DNA of 64,000 nucleotides from Candidatus Kerfeldbacteria bacterium (GCA_016214565.1 JACROE010000002.1:728007-792006), one strand, 5' to 3'. Shown: positions 1-10,625, counted from the stretch's first letter. The notes: generated by a model not told the origin, from the letters alone. Numbers and translations are program-made.

Positions 1-1
1 G

Positions 2-1708
2 CAGAGCACTCTTTCGACGCCACTTTTCACCGACCACAACGAGCTGAAAACCTTTGACTGGGTTGTCGCCAATCCGCCCTTTTCATACAAAGCATGGCGC
101 AACGGATTCAATCCGGAGGCCGACGACTTTGGCCGTTTCGACGGATTTGGCGTTCCGCCAAAGAAGAATGGTGATTTTGCGTTCTTGCTTCATATACTCA
201 AGAGCCTCAAGAGCACGGGCACCGGTGCGGTGATTCTGCCGCATGGCGTACTCTTCCGAGGTAACACCGAAGCCGACATCCGAACCAACATCGTGAAGCG
301 GGGATACATCAAAGGCATAATCGGATTGCCACCTAACCTCTTTTACGGCACCGGTATTCCGGCCTGCATTATCGTCCTCGATAAGAAAGACGCGGCCAAT
401 CGTAAAGGTATTTTCATGATTGACGCGTCGAAAGGGTACGTCAAAGACGGGAACAAGAACCGACTCAGAGAGCAGGATATCAGGAAGATCGTCGACACCT
501 GGGACGGCAAACTGGAAATTCCGAAGTTCTCCCGGTTTGTTCCGAACGAAGAGATTGCCGAGAAGAACCAATACAATCTCAATCTACCGCGCTACATCGA
601 CACCCAGGAGCCGGAAGACATTCAAGATATAGAGGCCCACTTGAAAGGGGGCATTCCGGAAGCCGATATCGAAATGCTGAGCGCCTTTTGGGAAGTGTGC
701 CCTGGGCTTCGTAAGGCGCTGTTCAAATCGTCCGACCGAAAGGGCTATGATCAGTTGGCGATTGAACCGGGTGATGTTCGAAAAACGATTTTGGATAACC
801 AAGAGTATCACGCTTTTCGAGCACAGGTGGATAAGATCTTTGGTAGTTGGCGCGAACAGATTGTCCCCGGTCTCAAGGGCATTTCCACTAAGGATCACCC
901 CAAGGCGATAATCCAATCTGTCTCTGACAAGCTGCTCGCGCACTGCACGAAACTGCATTTGATAGACAAGTACGACATTTACCAGCATCTTATGAACTAT
1001 TGGGATGAAGTGATGCAAGACGACGCCTACATTCTCACGACCGAGGGCTGGAAAGCTGGCAACGTCGTCACTCGATTGCAGCGAGAAGGCAAGGGAAAGA
1101 AGAAGGACATAGAAGGTCTGCCCGGACTTGAGGGCCGTCTCATTCCCGTTTCGCTTATGATAGGGACCTATTTCAGCAATGAGCAGGCTGAGCTTGACGA
1201 GCTATCTGTACGATTGGAGCAGATAGCTGCGGAAATGGACGAACTCAAGGATGAGCATGGCGGCGAAGAGGGCTTACTTACTGAGGTCATTGACAACGAT
1301 AAGATATCCAAAGGGGCAGTTCAGAAAAGGATCAAGGAAATCAAAGACGACAGCGACTTCGCTGATGAACTGAAGGTTCTGGAAGCGTACTTCGCGAACT
1401 TCGAGAGTGAGGCGGAAACCAAGAAACTCATTAAGGATCGTGAAAAGGCACTTGAGGCCAAGATTCTGGCGAAGTACCCAAAGCTGACACTTGATGAAGT
1501 GAAGACGCTTGTCGTCGACCGCAAGTGGATGGATTCGTTGCAAGGCATGATTCTAGGGCAGGTAGAGCGCTTGGCGCAATCACTTGCGAGTCGAGTTCAG
1601 CAGTTGGCTGAGCGATATGCCGAGCCTCTGCCGGCATTAACGAAGTCAGTTGAAGCACTCACTTTGACGGTGAATGGTCATCTGACAAGAATGGGTTTCA
1701 ATAAATAA
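2..1708 (+). CDS. hsdM: Type I restriction-modification DNA methyltransferase subunit HsdM, 5'-truncated by window edge
   Basis: Frame 2 is open from nt 2. It encodes ...FDWVVANPPFSYKAWRNGFNPEADDFGRFDGF..., with the N6-adenine MTase motif IV NPPF at nt 74-85. The C-terminal coiled-coil region is typical of HsdM. The ORF-track ATG at 185 is internal. Confidence 0.85.
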   Translation, partial: QSTLSTPLFTDHNELKTFDWVVANPPFSYKAWRNGFNPEADDFGRFDGFGVPPKKNGDFAFLLHILKSLKSTGTGAVILPHGVLFRGNTEADIRTNIVKRGYIKGIIGLPPNLFYGTGIPACIIVLDKKDAANRKGIFMIDASKGYVKDGNKNRLREQDIRKIVDTWDGKLEIPKFSRFVPNEEIAEKNQYNLNLPRYIDTQEPEDIQDIEAHLKGGIPEADIEMLSAFWEVCPGLRKALFKSSDRKGYDQLAIEPGDVRKTILDNQEYHAFRAQVDKIFGSWREQIVPGLKGISTKDHPKAIIQSVSDKLLAHCTKLHLIDKYDIYQHLMNYWDEVMQDDAYILTTEGWKAGNVVTRLQREGKGKKKDIEGLPGLEGRLIPVSLMIGTYFSNEQAELDELSVRLEQIAAEMDELKDEHGGEEGLLTEVIDNDKISKGAVQKRIKEIKDDSDFADELKVLEAYFANFESEAETKKLIKDREKALEAKILAKYPKLTLDEVKTLVVDRKWMDSLQGMILGQVERLAQSLASRVQQLAERYAEPLPALTKSVEALTLTVNGHLTRMGFNK

Positions 1709-1709
1709 C

Positions 1710-3002
1710 GTGGACGTCATGTCGACAAGGGTAACCGTAGAGAACGAATCATCACTCAAGACTACTGAGGTAGGTGCCATACCCCGGGATTGGGATCTAG
1801 TCTCATTCGATGACGCCTTCGAGTTTCTTCGCACAGCCTCATACTCGCGAGAGCAGCTGGGCGCAAATGGTGATTACCAATACATTCACTACGGGGACAT
1901 CCATACGAAGTGGTCATTTTTTGTTGATATGTCAAAGGCTCGCACTCCAACTGTCGATCGCGGGCAAGCGGGGAATTATAGTCAGATAAAGGAAGGCGAT
2001 CTTATCCTTGCCGATGCCTCTGAAGATTATGCGGGTGTTGCTAAGAGCGTGGAAGTTATTAATCTCGGTGAAAAGAAGGCCATTGCGGGCCTCCACACCT
2101 TCCTCCTGCGAGACAAGGGCAACAACTTCGTTGACGGTTTCAAAGGATATATTACTTCGAGTCCGCTTGTCAAACCTAGCTTGGACCGCTACGCCACAGG
2201 CTTAAAAGTCTTTGGCATATCTAAGAACAACTTGAAACTGGTACCGATTCCAAAGCCACCATCGGAACAGCAGAAAGCCATTGTTAAGGCGCTCAGAGAT
2301 ACAGACGCCTTGATAGAAAGCCTCGAGAAGCTCATCGCCAAGAAGCGAGCAATCAAGCAGGGCGTGATGCAGGAGCTACTGACCGGCAAGCGGCGGCTGC
2401 CGGGGTTTACTAAGGCGTGGACCAGAGAAAGAATAGGAGATTGTACTCAAATCGTCAGCGGTGGCACCCCGCGCACAGATAGAAACCAGTATTGGAACGG
2501 TGGCATTAAGTGGTGTACACCTACCGACATTACTGGCACTTTTGGGAAATACCTTCATGATACTCAGCGATCAATTTCACAGGCGGGTCTCAAAAGCTGT
2601 GCCGCTCGCCTTTTACCTGCTGGCACTCTGCTGTTATGCAGTCGTGCGACCATAGGTGAAGTCAGGATAGCTACGGATCAAATCTGTACCAATCAGGGAT
2701 TCAAATCACTTGTCTGTAGCGATCGAATTGACAACGAGTTTCTTTATTACCTCCTATTGACGCTCAAGCAGAAGATGATTGAGAAGGCGATTGGTTCAAC
2801 ATTTCTTGAAATTGGGAAACGGGAACTGGCTGCGCTTGAAATACCTTATCCGCCCATAGAGGAGCAGAGAGCGATTGCAATGGTCCTTTGCGAATTAGAT
2901 ACCGAATTGGAGTTACAGCAGAGCAGACTGCAAAAGTTGACCCAGGTTAAGCAAGGCATGATGCAATCTCTCCTAACTGGTAAGATAAGACTAACAGTGT
3001 GA
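1710..3002 (+). CDS. hsdS: Type I restriction-modification specificity subunit HsdS
   Basis: 430 aa with two target-recognition halves. Each is followed by the conserved HsdS repeat: PPSEQQKAIVKAL...KRAIKQGVMQELLTGKRRL and PPIEEQRAIAMVL...QVKQGMMQSLLTGKIRL. GTG start 1 nt after the hsdM stop. Confidence 0.9.
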   Translation: MDVMSTRVTVENESSLKTTEVGAIPRDWDLVSFDDAFEFLRTASYSREQLGANGDYQYIHYGDIHTKWSFFVDMSKARTPTVDRGQAGNYSQIKEGDLILADASEDYAGVAKSVEVINLGEKKAIAGLHTFLLRDKGNNFVDGFKGYITSSPLVKPSLDRYATGLKVFGISKNNLKLVPIPKPPSEQQKAIVKALRDTDALIESLEKLIAKKRAIKQGVMQELLTGKRRLPGFTKAWTRERIGDCTQIVSGGTPRTDRNQYWNGGIKWCTPTDITGTFGKYLHDTQRSISQAGLKSCAARLLPAGTLLLCSRATIGEVRIATDQICTNQGFKSLVCSDRIDNEFLYYLLLTLKQKMIEKAIGSTFLEIGKRELAALEIPYPPIEEQRAIAMVLCELDTELELQQSRLQKLTQVKQGMMQSLLTGKIRLTV

Positions 3003-6000
3003 CTACTATGACAAAAGAAGCGACCCCCAAAGTTGGCCAAATCGAACGCAAGACCCAAGACCGTCTTGTGGCGTTGATTCGTGACCGTCTGAATTACGAC
3101 TACCTTGGCAACTGGGAAGACCGTGAAGATAATAGCAATGTCGAGGAGCTACTTCTTCACTCGTACCTGATTCGGTCCGGATATAGTGACACACTCGTAT
3201 TCAAAGCCGTTGAGGAGCTGAAGAAATGTACAGGTCGATCGAACATCAGCCTATACGACCTTAACCGTGAGACGTACGGTCTGTTGAGGTACGGGGTGAA
3301 AGTCAAGGAAGGTCACGGCGAACACTATAAGACTATTTGGCTCATCGACTGGGAACACCCCGAGAAAAATGACTTCGCTTTCGCAGAAGAGGTTACGGTC
3401 AAAGGGAATCGGACCAAACGCCCGGATATCGTGCTTTATGTAAACGGAATTGCCTTAGGCGTGATCGAGTTGAAACGGAGTATCGTATCGGTTGCCGAGG
3501 GAATCCGCCAGAACATCGGTAATCAAAAGGACGCTTTCATCAAGCCTTTCTTCGCAACCGTTCAACTGCTCATGGCCGGAAACGATACCGAAGGACTTCG
3601 ATTCGGCACTACCGAGACGAAAGAGGACTGCTACCTCACTTGGAGTACAAAGGAGCCGGGATATGAGAAAGACAATCGGCTTGATCGCCATGTTTTGCAA
3701 ATGTGCGAAAAGAAGAGGTTCCTCGAGATCGTTCACGACTTCATTGCCTTCGACAGCGGCATTAAGAAGACCTGTCGGCACAACCAGTACTTTGGAGTCA
3801 AAGTAGCGCAGGAATTCGTGCAACAGCACAAGGGCGGAATAATCTGGCATACCCAGGGCTCAGGTAAGAGCCTGACCATGATCTGGCTCGCTAAGTGGAT
3901 TAAAGAACACATGCACGATCCACGCGTACTTGTTCTGACCGACCGAAAAGAGCTTGACGAGCAGATCGAGCGGTTTTTCATGGGCGTAGATGAGAAGATC
4001 TATCGCGCGAAGAGCGCAAGGGATTTGATAGGGCAACTCAATATCAAGAATGAGTGGCTGCTCTGTTCGCTAGTGCACAAATTCGGCCGTACCGGAGCCA
4101 CCGGTGAGACCGACGTGGATGGATACATCGCCGACCTCAAGAAGAATCTGCCAAAAGACTTTTCGGCCAAAGGCGATCTTTTCGTGTTCGTCGATGAGTG
4201 TCACCGTACGCATACCGGCAAGCTTCACGAAGCGATGAGAGAGCTCCTCCCCAACGCTACATTCATCGGTTTCACTGGCACGCCGCTTCTCAAAATTGAC
4301 AAGTCGAACAGCATTGGCGTTTGGGGCCCATACATCCACACCTACAAATACGACGAGGCAGTGGCCGACAAGGTTGTGCTCGACTTACGATACGAAGCTC
4401 GACGCGTAGACCAAGACATCACGTCACAGGAGAAAATCGACCAGTGGTTCGAGGAACGAACCAAGGGGCTCACCGACGTAGCCAAGGCGGAACTGAAGAA
4501 GCGGTGGGGGACGATGCAATCCCTGTTGTCTTCCAAGTCACGCTTGGAAAAAGTAGTCTTCGATATTCTCGATGACTTCTACAAAAAAGAACGTCTCGCC
4601 AGCGGCCGCGGCAACGCCATGCTGGTAGCGAGCAGCATTTATGAAGCCTGCCAGTACTACGAGATATTCCAGGCTCAGGGATTTACCAAGTGCGCCATCG
4701 TCACGTCATACGAGCCTGGCGCGATTCAGTCCGAAGACCGCGAGTACGCCATCTACCAGAAGATGCTGGGTGGCAAGGCCACCGAAGAGTTCGAGAAGGA
4801 AGCCAAGAAGAAGTTCATCGAAACACCAGGACAGATGCAACTTCTCATTGTCGTGGACAAACTCCTGACTGGTTTTGACGCACCGCCTGCGTCCTATCTG
4901 TATGTCGATAAGAACATGCAGGATCACGGCCTATTCCAGGCGATTTGCCGAGTCAATCGGCTCGACGGTGAGGACAAAGAGTACGGCTACATCGTCGACT
5001 ACAGGGATCTTTTCAAAAAGCTTGAACAAGCGGTCACCGACTATACTGCCGGAGCATTCGAAGGCTTTGATCAAGAGGATGTTCTTGGGCTACTCAAGGA
5101 CAGGTTAGAAGAAGGTCGCAAAGATCTCGAGGAAGCTCTAGAGGTCGTAAGAGCTCTTTGTGAACCAGTTGCGCCGCCCAAAGATTCTGGAGCCTACATT
5201 CGCTACTTCTGTGGAGACGTTGAAAATCCATACGCCCTGAAGGAAAACGAAATCAAGCGGGTCAAGCTCTACCGTTCCGTCAGCCATCTACTTCGAATGT
5301 ATGCCGATCTCGCCAACGATATGGAGAAGGTCGGATTCTCCAGAGCGCAAGCCGAAGCGATCGGCAATGAGGTAAAGCACTACGAACAGGTCCGGATGGA
5401 AGTCAAGCTTGCAAGCGGAGACTACATCGACCTGAAGAAGTACGAGCCGGCCATGCGGACTCTTATCGACAGGTACATTTCGGCAAAAGAAAGCGAAAGG
5501 CTATCCGCGTTTGATGACATGACCCTCGTGGATTTGATCGTCAAAAAGGGCAAAGATGCCATCGACGACCTACCGGAGTCGGTGAAAAAGAACCAAGAAG
5601 CTACCGCTGAGACAATCGAAAACAACGTCCGCAAGCTGATCATCGACGAAACGCCTACGAATCCGAAGTACTTTCTCCGCATGTCGGAGCTCCTCGATAC
5701 CTTAGTGAAGCAGCGGAAACGGGCTGATATCGAGTACAAGGAGTACCTGGCCAAGATTGTCGAGCTTACTAAGCAGGTCAAGCACCCGGAACAGTCGCGT
5801 CATTATCCTTCGCGGGTTGATACACGAGCCAGACAGGCACTCTATGATAATCTCGGACAGGACGAGGGTAAAGCTGTTGCCCTGGACGAGGCAATTGTAG
5901 GCGCACTGGAAGACAACTGGCGTGGTCACATGCAGAAGGAACGTCGGGTGAGGAACGCAATTAAGGGCGCGATGCCGGGGATATCGGAGGACGAGCTCAA

Positions 6001-6040
6001 GTCCTTATTTGAGCTCGTAAAGAATCAACATGAGTACTAA
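2999..6040 (+). CDS. hsdR: Type I restriction enzyme R subunit HsdR (SF2 helicase/translocase + nuclease)
   Basis: 1013 aa. Walker A-like QGSGKSLTM, DEAH-box FVFVDECHRT and helicase motifs are present. The start overlaps the hsdS stop (GTGA), giving translational coupling. Confidence 0.9.
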   Translation: MTTMTKEATPKVGQIERKTQDRLVALIRDRLNYDYLGNWEDREDNSNVEELLLHSYLIRSGYSDTLVFKAVEELKKCTGRSNISLYDLNRETYGLLRYGVKVKEGHGEHYKTIWLIDWEHPEKNDFAFAEEVTVKGNRTKRPDIVLYVNGIALGVIELKRSIVSVAEGIRQNIGNQKDAFIKPFFATVQLLMAGNDTEGLRFGTTETKEDCYLTWSTKEPGYEKDNRLDRHVLQMCEKKRFLEIVHDFIAFDSGIKKTCRHNQYFGVKVAQEFVQQHKGGIIWHTQGSGKSLTMIWLAKWIKEHMHDPRVLVLTDRKELDEQIERFFMGVDEKIYRAKSARDLIGQLNIKNEWLLCSLVHKFGRTGATGETDVDGYIADLKKNLPKDFSAKGDLFVFVDECHRTHTGKLHEAMRELLPNATFIGFTGTPLLKIDKSNSIGVWGPYIHTYKYDEAVADKVVLDLRYEARRVDQDITSQEKIDQWFEERTKGLTDVAKAELKKRWGTMQSLLSSKSRLEKVVFDILDDFYKKERLASGRGNAMLVASSIYEACQYYEIFQAQGFTKCAIVTSYEPGAIQSEDREYAIYQKMLGGKATEEFEKEAKKKFIETPGQMQLLIVVDKLLTGFDAPPASYLYVDKNMQDHGLFQAICRVNRLDGEDKEYGYIVDYRDLFKKLEQAVTDYTAGAFEGFDQEDVLGLLKDRLEEGRKDLEEALEVVRALCEPVAPPKDSGAYIRYFCGDVENPYALKENEIKRVKLYRSVSHLLRMYADLANDMEKVGFSRAQAEAIGNEVKHYEQVRMEVKLASGDYIDLKKYEPAMRTLIDRYISAKESERLSAFDDMTLVDLIVKKGKDAIDDLPESVKKNQEATAETIENNVRKLIIDETPTNPKYFLRMSELLDTLVKQRKRADIEYKEYLAKIVELTKQVKHPEQSRHYPSRVDTRARQALYDNLGQDEGKAVALDEAIVGALEDNWRGHMQKERRVRNAIKGAMPGISEDELKSLFELVKNQHEY

Positions 6041-6758
6041 TTCTTACATGCTCAAGGTCGGATTGGTGGAGGCGCTGATTGTCAGGAAGGCGATCAAGAA
6101 CGTCCACCTGTCTGTTTTGCCGCCAGAGGGTAAGGTTCGAGTCACCGCACCAGTTGCGATGAACGATGACGCTATCCGCATATTGCTGGCTACCAGGCTG
6201 GGCTGGATAAATCGTCAACAAACGAAATTCCGCAATCAGCAACGACAGACTCCGCGAGAATACGTATCCGGTGAAAGTCACTACCTATTCGGCAGGCGGT
6301 ACCGCTTAGAAGTCCGATACGAGGAAGCTCCACCCCGCGTTGAAGCGAAGGCCAACGGAAAACTGTTCCTATATGTCAGACCGAACGCTTCTCAGGGGAA
6401 GCGCCACGAGGTGATAACCGAATGGTACCGTACCGAGCTTCACCAGCTACTTGAAGACTTGATACCGAGATGGCAAGACAAAATCGGTGTTCGACCATCT
6501 GTATGGGCTATCAAGCGCATGAGGACCCGGTGGGGCACCTGCAATAAGGACAAAAAGCGGATTCTTCTAAACCTTGAGCTAGTCAAGAAGCCGGTCTCCT
6601 GCATTGAGTATGTTGTGGTTCATGAACTGATCCACTTGATTGAGAAGAAGCACAATAATCGATTCGTCCAGTTGCTGACGAGGCATCTGCCGAAATGGAA
6701 GAGCCAAAAGCAGGAACTGAATCGCTTCATATTGTCGCATGAGGAGTGGAGATATTAG
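6030..6758 (+). CDS. YgjP/DUF45-family zinc metallohydrolase (M48/WLM-like), common accessory gene of Type I R-M loci
   Basis: 242 aa. HExxH motif VVHELIHLIEKKH plus WGTCN... are typical of the YgjP family. The ATG overlaps the hsdR 3' end by 11 nt. Confidence 0.7.
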   Translation: MSTNSYMLKVGLVEALIVRKAIKNVHLSVLPPEGKVRVTAPVAMNDDAIRILLATRLGWINRQQTKFRNQQRQTPREYVSGESHYLFGRRYRLEVRYEEAPPRVEAKANGKLFLYVRPNASQGKRHEVITEWYRTELHQLLEDLIPRWQDKIGVRPSVWAIKRMRTRWGTCNKDKKRILLNLELVKKPVSCIEYVVVHELIHLIEKKHNNRFVQLLTRHLPKWKSQKQELNRFILSHEEWRY

Positions 6759-6779
6759 CAAATAGGGAATATCATACTC

Positions 6780-9700
6780 ATGAAGTGGATAACTGCATCA
6801 GACATCACCAACTGGGCAAACACACAACAGCGGCAGTGTTCTCAGACCTTGCCGGAGTTAGTACGTCGCCTGATTTTTGCTATCACTTCCGATATTCGAA
6901 CGATTGAATTCCCGAGTGGAGACAGTGTATCCACCAGAGGTTGGGATGGCCGACTCGATGCACCCGTAGCTGTCCCGTTTTTTCCGCAAGGCGTGTCGGG
7001 GTGGGAAATTGGCTCTGATAAATCGGCCAAGAAAAAGGCCGATGGAGACTTTGCCAAACGGATTGCTGAGCCTGACGGGCTTATTCCCGCTGATACCACT
7101 TTTGTCTTCGTTACTCCGAGGTCGTTTCCGAGCCGCGCGAAATGGCAATCTGATAATCAAGCAAAGGGACACTGGAAGGCGGTGCGAGTTGTTGCGGCAG
7201 ACGGGATTGAACAGTGGTTGGATTCTGCGCCGGCGGTAGCGCTATGGTTGGCGAGAACAATTGGCAAAGCAACCGGAGATAGACTCCGAGACATCGAAGA
7301 GTGTTGGGATGAATGGTCCTATTCGACTTCACCTCCCATGAGTATCCCGTTGGTAATTGCAGGACGCACAAATGAACAGGATAGAATTCACAAGTGGCTA
7401 TCGGAAACACCCGATAGGCTTGAAGTTCAAGGTGATTCTCCAGCTGAAGCGCGTGCCTTTCTGTATGCTGCAATCTGCGGCTTGCCGGAGAGCGAACGTT
7501 CGCGAGTGCTCTCAAGATGCATAGTGATTGATAATTTAACGGATCTCCGTAATTGTATAAGAACGTTTCTCAATCCGTTGGTTATTGTCACTACTTCTGA
7601 TTGCAGTGAGGCGGTTGGCCTCGCTATCAACAAGGGACACCATGTCTTTGTCTGTGTGGATGCAAGTGTGATAGATATCGCTCGAATTTTACGTCTTTCC
7701 CGTCCGAAAAGGTCAGCAGTAGCTGCCACCCTGCAAGAATTGGGCTTGTCGCCAGCTAACGCCCAACAACTCGCGCGGGATTTCGGGCGAAGCATCCCGG
7801 TACTCCGCCGCCACTTAGCCGTATCGGGTGCTGCCCGGCGGCCACCGTGGTCAGAAGCCGACCAGGCACGGTCTCTCATGCCATTGATGCTACTTGGTTC
7901 AATTTCTGAAAGTACAGACGGGGACAAACAAATTGCTGAGATAGTCTCCGGGTTCTCATTCACTGTTTATGCCGAACGGCTTAATGAGCTTAGAGTATTC
8001 GAGGATAGCCCTGTAGTAAAAATTGGAGAAGTATGGACACTCAAATCGCCGCTCGACTCTTGGTTTTTGATCGCGGGACAATTGACCGCAGATATTCTCA
8101 CCGCATTTTCGAGTGCGAGCACGCAAGCGTTAGAAGAACTGCATCCGAAGTATGAGCTATCACCCGACGAACGGTGGATGGCAGCTTTTCATTCCAAGAT
8201 TAGGCAATATTCCCCGCATTTGCGAATGGGTCTTGCCGAAACTCTGGTCCGTATGTCGGTCTTCGGTGATAAAGCACCGATCGCGCTATCCGCTCCTCAA
8301 GTCGCACAGCAGGCGGTGCGAAATATCTTGTCAGCAACAACCAGTTGGCAGGGGTGGGCTTCAATACAGGACATTACTCCGCTGCTAGCCGAGGCCGCAC
8401 CCGTAACATTTCTCGAAGCTGTGGAACAAGTTATTGCCACCCATCCTGAAATCGTTACAGAATTGTTCAAAGATGAGGGTCAATCGCTCTTTGGGGAGTG
8501 TAAGCATGCTGGCCTGCTGTGGGCACTTGAGTCTATCGCCTGGGACCCACAGTACTTTGAGCGCGTCGTTGCTTTATTAGTCGACTTGGCGAAGTTAGAC
8601 CCAGGTGGACAGTGGGTAAATAGGCCCCTGAACAGCCTCAAGGATTTGTTCTTACCCCAATACCCACAGACTCACGCGGGCCCGACGGCGCGGTTATCGG
8701 CGTTCGAAACCCTCATACAAAGAGACGCTCAGCTAGCCTGGCAGATCGCATACAGTTACTTCGATCGCGGAATCATTAGTGCCTCGCATCAATATCAATG
8801 GCGTGATGCCGGAGGCGAGCGCCGAGGGTTGGAACCGGAGTCCAATGAGAACTATGCTGCCTACCTGACGGGATTATGGCCTAAAGCGAAGGCACTGGCG
8901 GCGATGCCAATAAATGTAATACAGGCACTAGACGACTTTACAAGACTTCCACCGGACTTTCGTGAACAGGTTGCGTCCGTTCTGTTGTCAATGAATGCCG
9001 AAGAACTGTCTTTGGATGATCGACTTCGGTTATTAGAAAAGGTGCGAGAAGCTTTGAACTGGATTAACAGCTATGGTAAGGAGGAGTATCAAGAGTCAAT
9101 ACCGAAACTAAAGGAGATACTACAGCGCTTTGAGCCAGATGACGTTATTGAACGTGTCGGCTGGCTATTGAAGTCGCCTTGGCCACGTCTTCCCGAAGGA
9201 ACAACTAAAGATTACGACGCTGACGAAGAGCACGTTGCAGCGTTGCAACAGCAGGCCGCGCGTGAGTTACTCGACAGTATTGATATTGAAGCTATTCTCA
9301 GCTTTGCCAAGACGACAGAATACACTGGCGTTGTGGGTACTGCTATAGGGAGAGCGATAAAAGATGACGAAGAAGACCAGCGAGTGCTAAGCCAGCTTAT
9401 CAAGGGAGCTTTGCCAACCCAGGCTCGCGAAGTAACAGGATATGCCGCGCAACGAATACGCATCGCCGGAATACATTGGATCGACCGGCAAATAGCGTAC
9501 CTGAAAACTGTTGGCGTAGCAACACCGGAGGTCATTGCATTAATGCTCTTGGGACTACCCGAGCAAGCTTCGACGTGGGAAAAGGTCGCAGCGTTTGGGA
9601 TTGAGGTAGAGAAAGCTTACTGGGGACTAGCGACAGGGCGTTCGCGTTCAGATCGACTCTCAGATGCTGCTTTGGCAGTAACGAAGCTGTTGAATGCTCA

Positions 9701-10568
9701 TCGACCGGATGCTGCGCTTGAGATTGCTGGGGATCCCAAGTTATCTTTGCCCAGTGCATTACTGAAGCGCCTATTGCTCGAGCTGTTGGAGCACAGCAAG
9801 TCTGCAACACAACCTCGTCACGATGCGATGCTGCCTTTTCACTTGGGATATGTATTCAGGCAGATTCACGAGCGCGATGAGTTGCCGCTGGGAGAGATTG
9901 TAGCCCTGGAATGGCCCTATGCCTCATTGTTCGATGATTTCAAACAGTATTTGTCTAAGCCCTTGGCCATCCACCGACTATTACAGCGCGACCCTGGTCA
10001 GTTTGCCGATTTCGTCGCGCTCATGTACAAACGCGATGACAGAATCCGAACAGATGAAGAGCCGCTTGACCAAAAAGCCATGCAAATCGCCAGAAACGCG
10101 CGTGAGGTCGTATCATCCTGGCGGCTTATGCCGGGTCTGAGTTCTGACGGCGGTATTGATGAAGGCGAGCTTCGTGCTTGGGTTCTCGCCGTGCGCGACA
10201 AGTGCAGATCTCTGAAGACAGTAACTGGCTGCGATATTGAACTAGGCACCATGTTAGCGCACGCCCCTCGCGATAGCGATGGAAATTGGCCTCATACGGC
10301 TGTCAGAAACATCATCGAACTACTGGCAAATCAGACTATTGATCGGCATATCGAAACAGAGCTGTTCAATAGTCGCGGCACAACGGTGCGTAGCCCAGGA
10401 GAAGGTGGCAGGCTGGAGAGAGAGCTCGCGCTAACCTATCGCCGGATGAGCGACGCGCTGAAAGAGAAGTGGCCAAGAACCGCTCAAATCTTGCGCTCCA
10501 TGGCTAGCACCTACGAGCATCAGGCGGGTCGGGAAGATATTGATGCGCAACTGAACGACTTCAGTTGA
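6780..10568 (+). CDS. Large uncharacterised protein (1262 aa), alpha-helical-repeat rich with a distinct ~180-aa N-terminal domain; function unknown
   Basis: Long uninterrupted ORF, co-directional and 21 nt downstream of the YgjP-like gene. No Walker A, no HEPN Rx4-6H motif and no obvious PD-(D/E)xK motif were recognised by eye. The N-terminus is ...SGDSVSTRGWDGRLDAPVAVPFFPQGVSGWEIGSDKS... Confidence 0.6.
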   Translation: MKWITASDITNWANTQQRQCSQTLPELVRRLIFAITSDIRTIEFPSGDSVSTRGWDGRLDAPVAVPFFPQGVSGWEIGSDKSAKKKADGDFAKRIAEPDGLIPADTTFVFVTPRSFPSRAKWQSDNQAKGHWKAVRVVAADGIEQWLDSAPAVALWLARTIGKATGDRLRDIEECWDEWSYSTSPPMSIPLVIAGRTNEQDRIHKWLSETPDRLEVQGDSPAEARAFLYAAICGLPESERSRVLSRCIVIDNLTDLRNCIRTFLNPLVIVTTSDCSEAVGLAINKGHHVFVCVDASVIDIARILRLSRPKRSAVAATLQELGLSPANAQQLARDFGRSIPVLRRHLAVSGAARRPPWSEADQARSLMPLMLLGSISESTDGDKQIAEIVSGFSFTVYAERLNELRVFEDSPVVKIGEVWTLKSPLDSWFLIAGQLTADILTAFSSASTQALEELHPKYELSPDERWMAAFHSKIRQYSPHLRMGLAETLVRMSVFGDKAPIALSAPQVAQQAVRNILSATTSWQGWASIQDITPLLAEAAPVTFLEAVEQVIATHPEIVTELFKDEGQSLFGECKHAGLLWALESIAWDPQYFERVVALLVDLAKLDPGGQWVNRPLNSLKDLFLPQYPQTHAGPTARLSAFETLIQRDAQLAWQIAYSYFDRGIISASHQYQWRDAGGERRGLEPESNENYAAYLTGLWPKAKALAAMPINVIQALDDFTRLPPDFREQVASVLLSMNAEELSLDDRLRLLEKVREALNWINSYGKEEYQESIPKLKEILQRFEPDDVIERVGWLLKSPWPRLPEGTTKDYDADEEHVAALQQQAARELLDSIDIEAILSFAKTTEYTGVVGTAIGRAIKDDEEDQRVLSQLIKGALPTQAREVTGYAAQRIRIAGIHWIDRQIAYLKTVGVATPEVIALMLLGLPEQASTWEKVAAFGIEVEKAYWGLATGRSRSDRLSDAALAVTKLLNAHRPDAALEIAGDPKLSLPSALLKRLLLELLEHSKSATQPRHDAMLPFHLGYVFRQIHERDELPLGEIVALEWPYASLFDDFKQYLSKPLAIHRLLQRDPGQFADFVALMYKRDDRIRTDEEPLDQKAMQIARNAREVVSSWRLMPGLSSDGGIDEGELRAWVLAVRDKCRSLKTVTGCDIELGTMLAHAPRDSDGNWPHTAVRNIIELLANQTIDRHIETELFNSRGTTVRSPGEGGRLERELALTYRRMSDALKEKWPRTAQILRSMASTYEHQAGREDIDAQLNDFS

Positions 10569-10617
10569 CAATTTGTACAGGATGACATTCGTCTTTTGCT
10601 TGTGCCGGTGCTATAAT
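10565..10617 (+). promoter_or_regulatory. Sigma70-like promoter with extended -10 (TGcTATAAT) only 8 nt upstream of the ATG, so the mRNA is probably leaderless
   Basis: TTGACA at 10565-10570 and TGnTATAAT at 10609-10617. The CDS ATG is at 10626 and no SD is present. Confidence 0.45.
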
Positions 10618-10625
10618 CAACGCGT

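Noticed and set aside
83-1018. Antisense and alternate-frame ORFs inside hsdM (83..571 -, 343..582 -, 420..632 +, 584..1018 -)
   Set aside because: They lie fully inside a well-supported HsdM frame, and their translations have no recognisable features.
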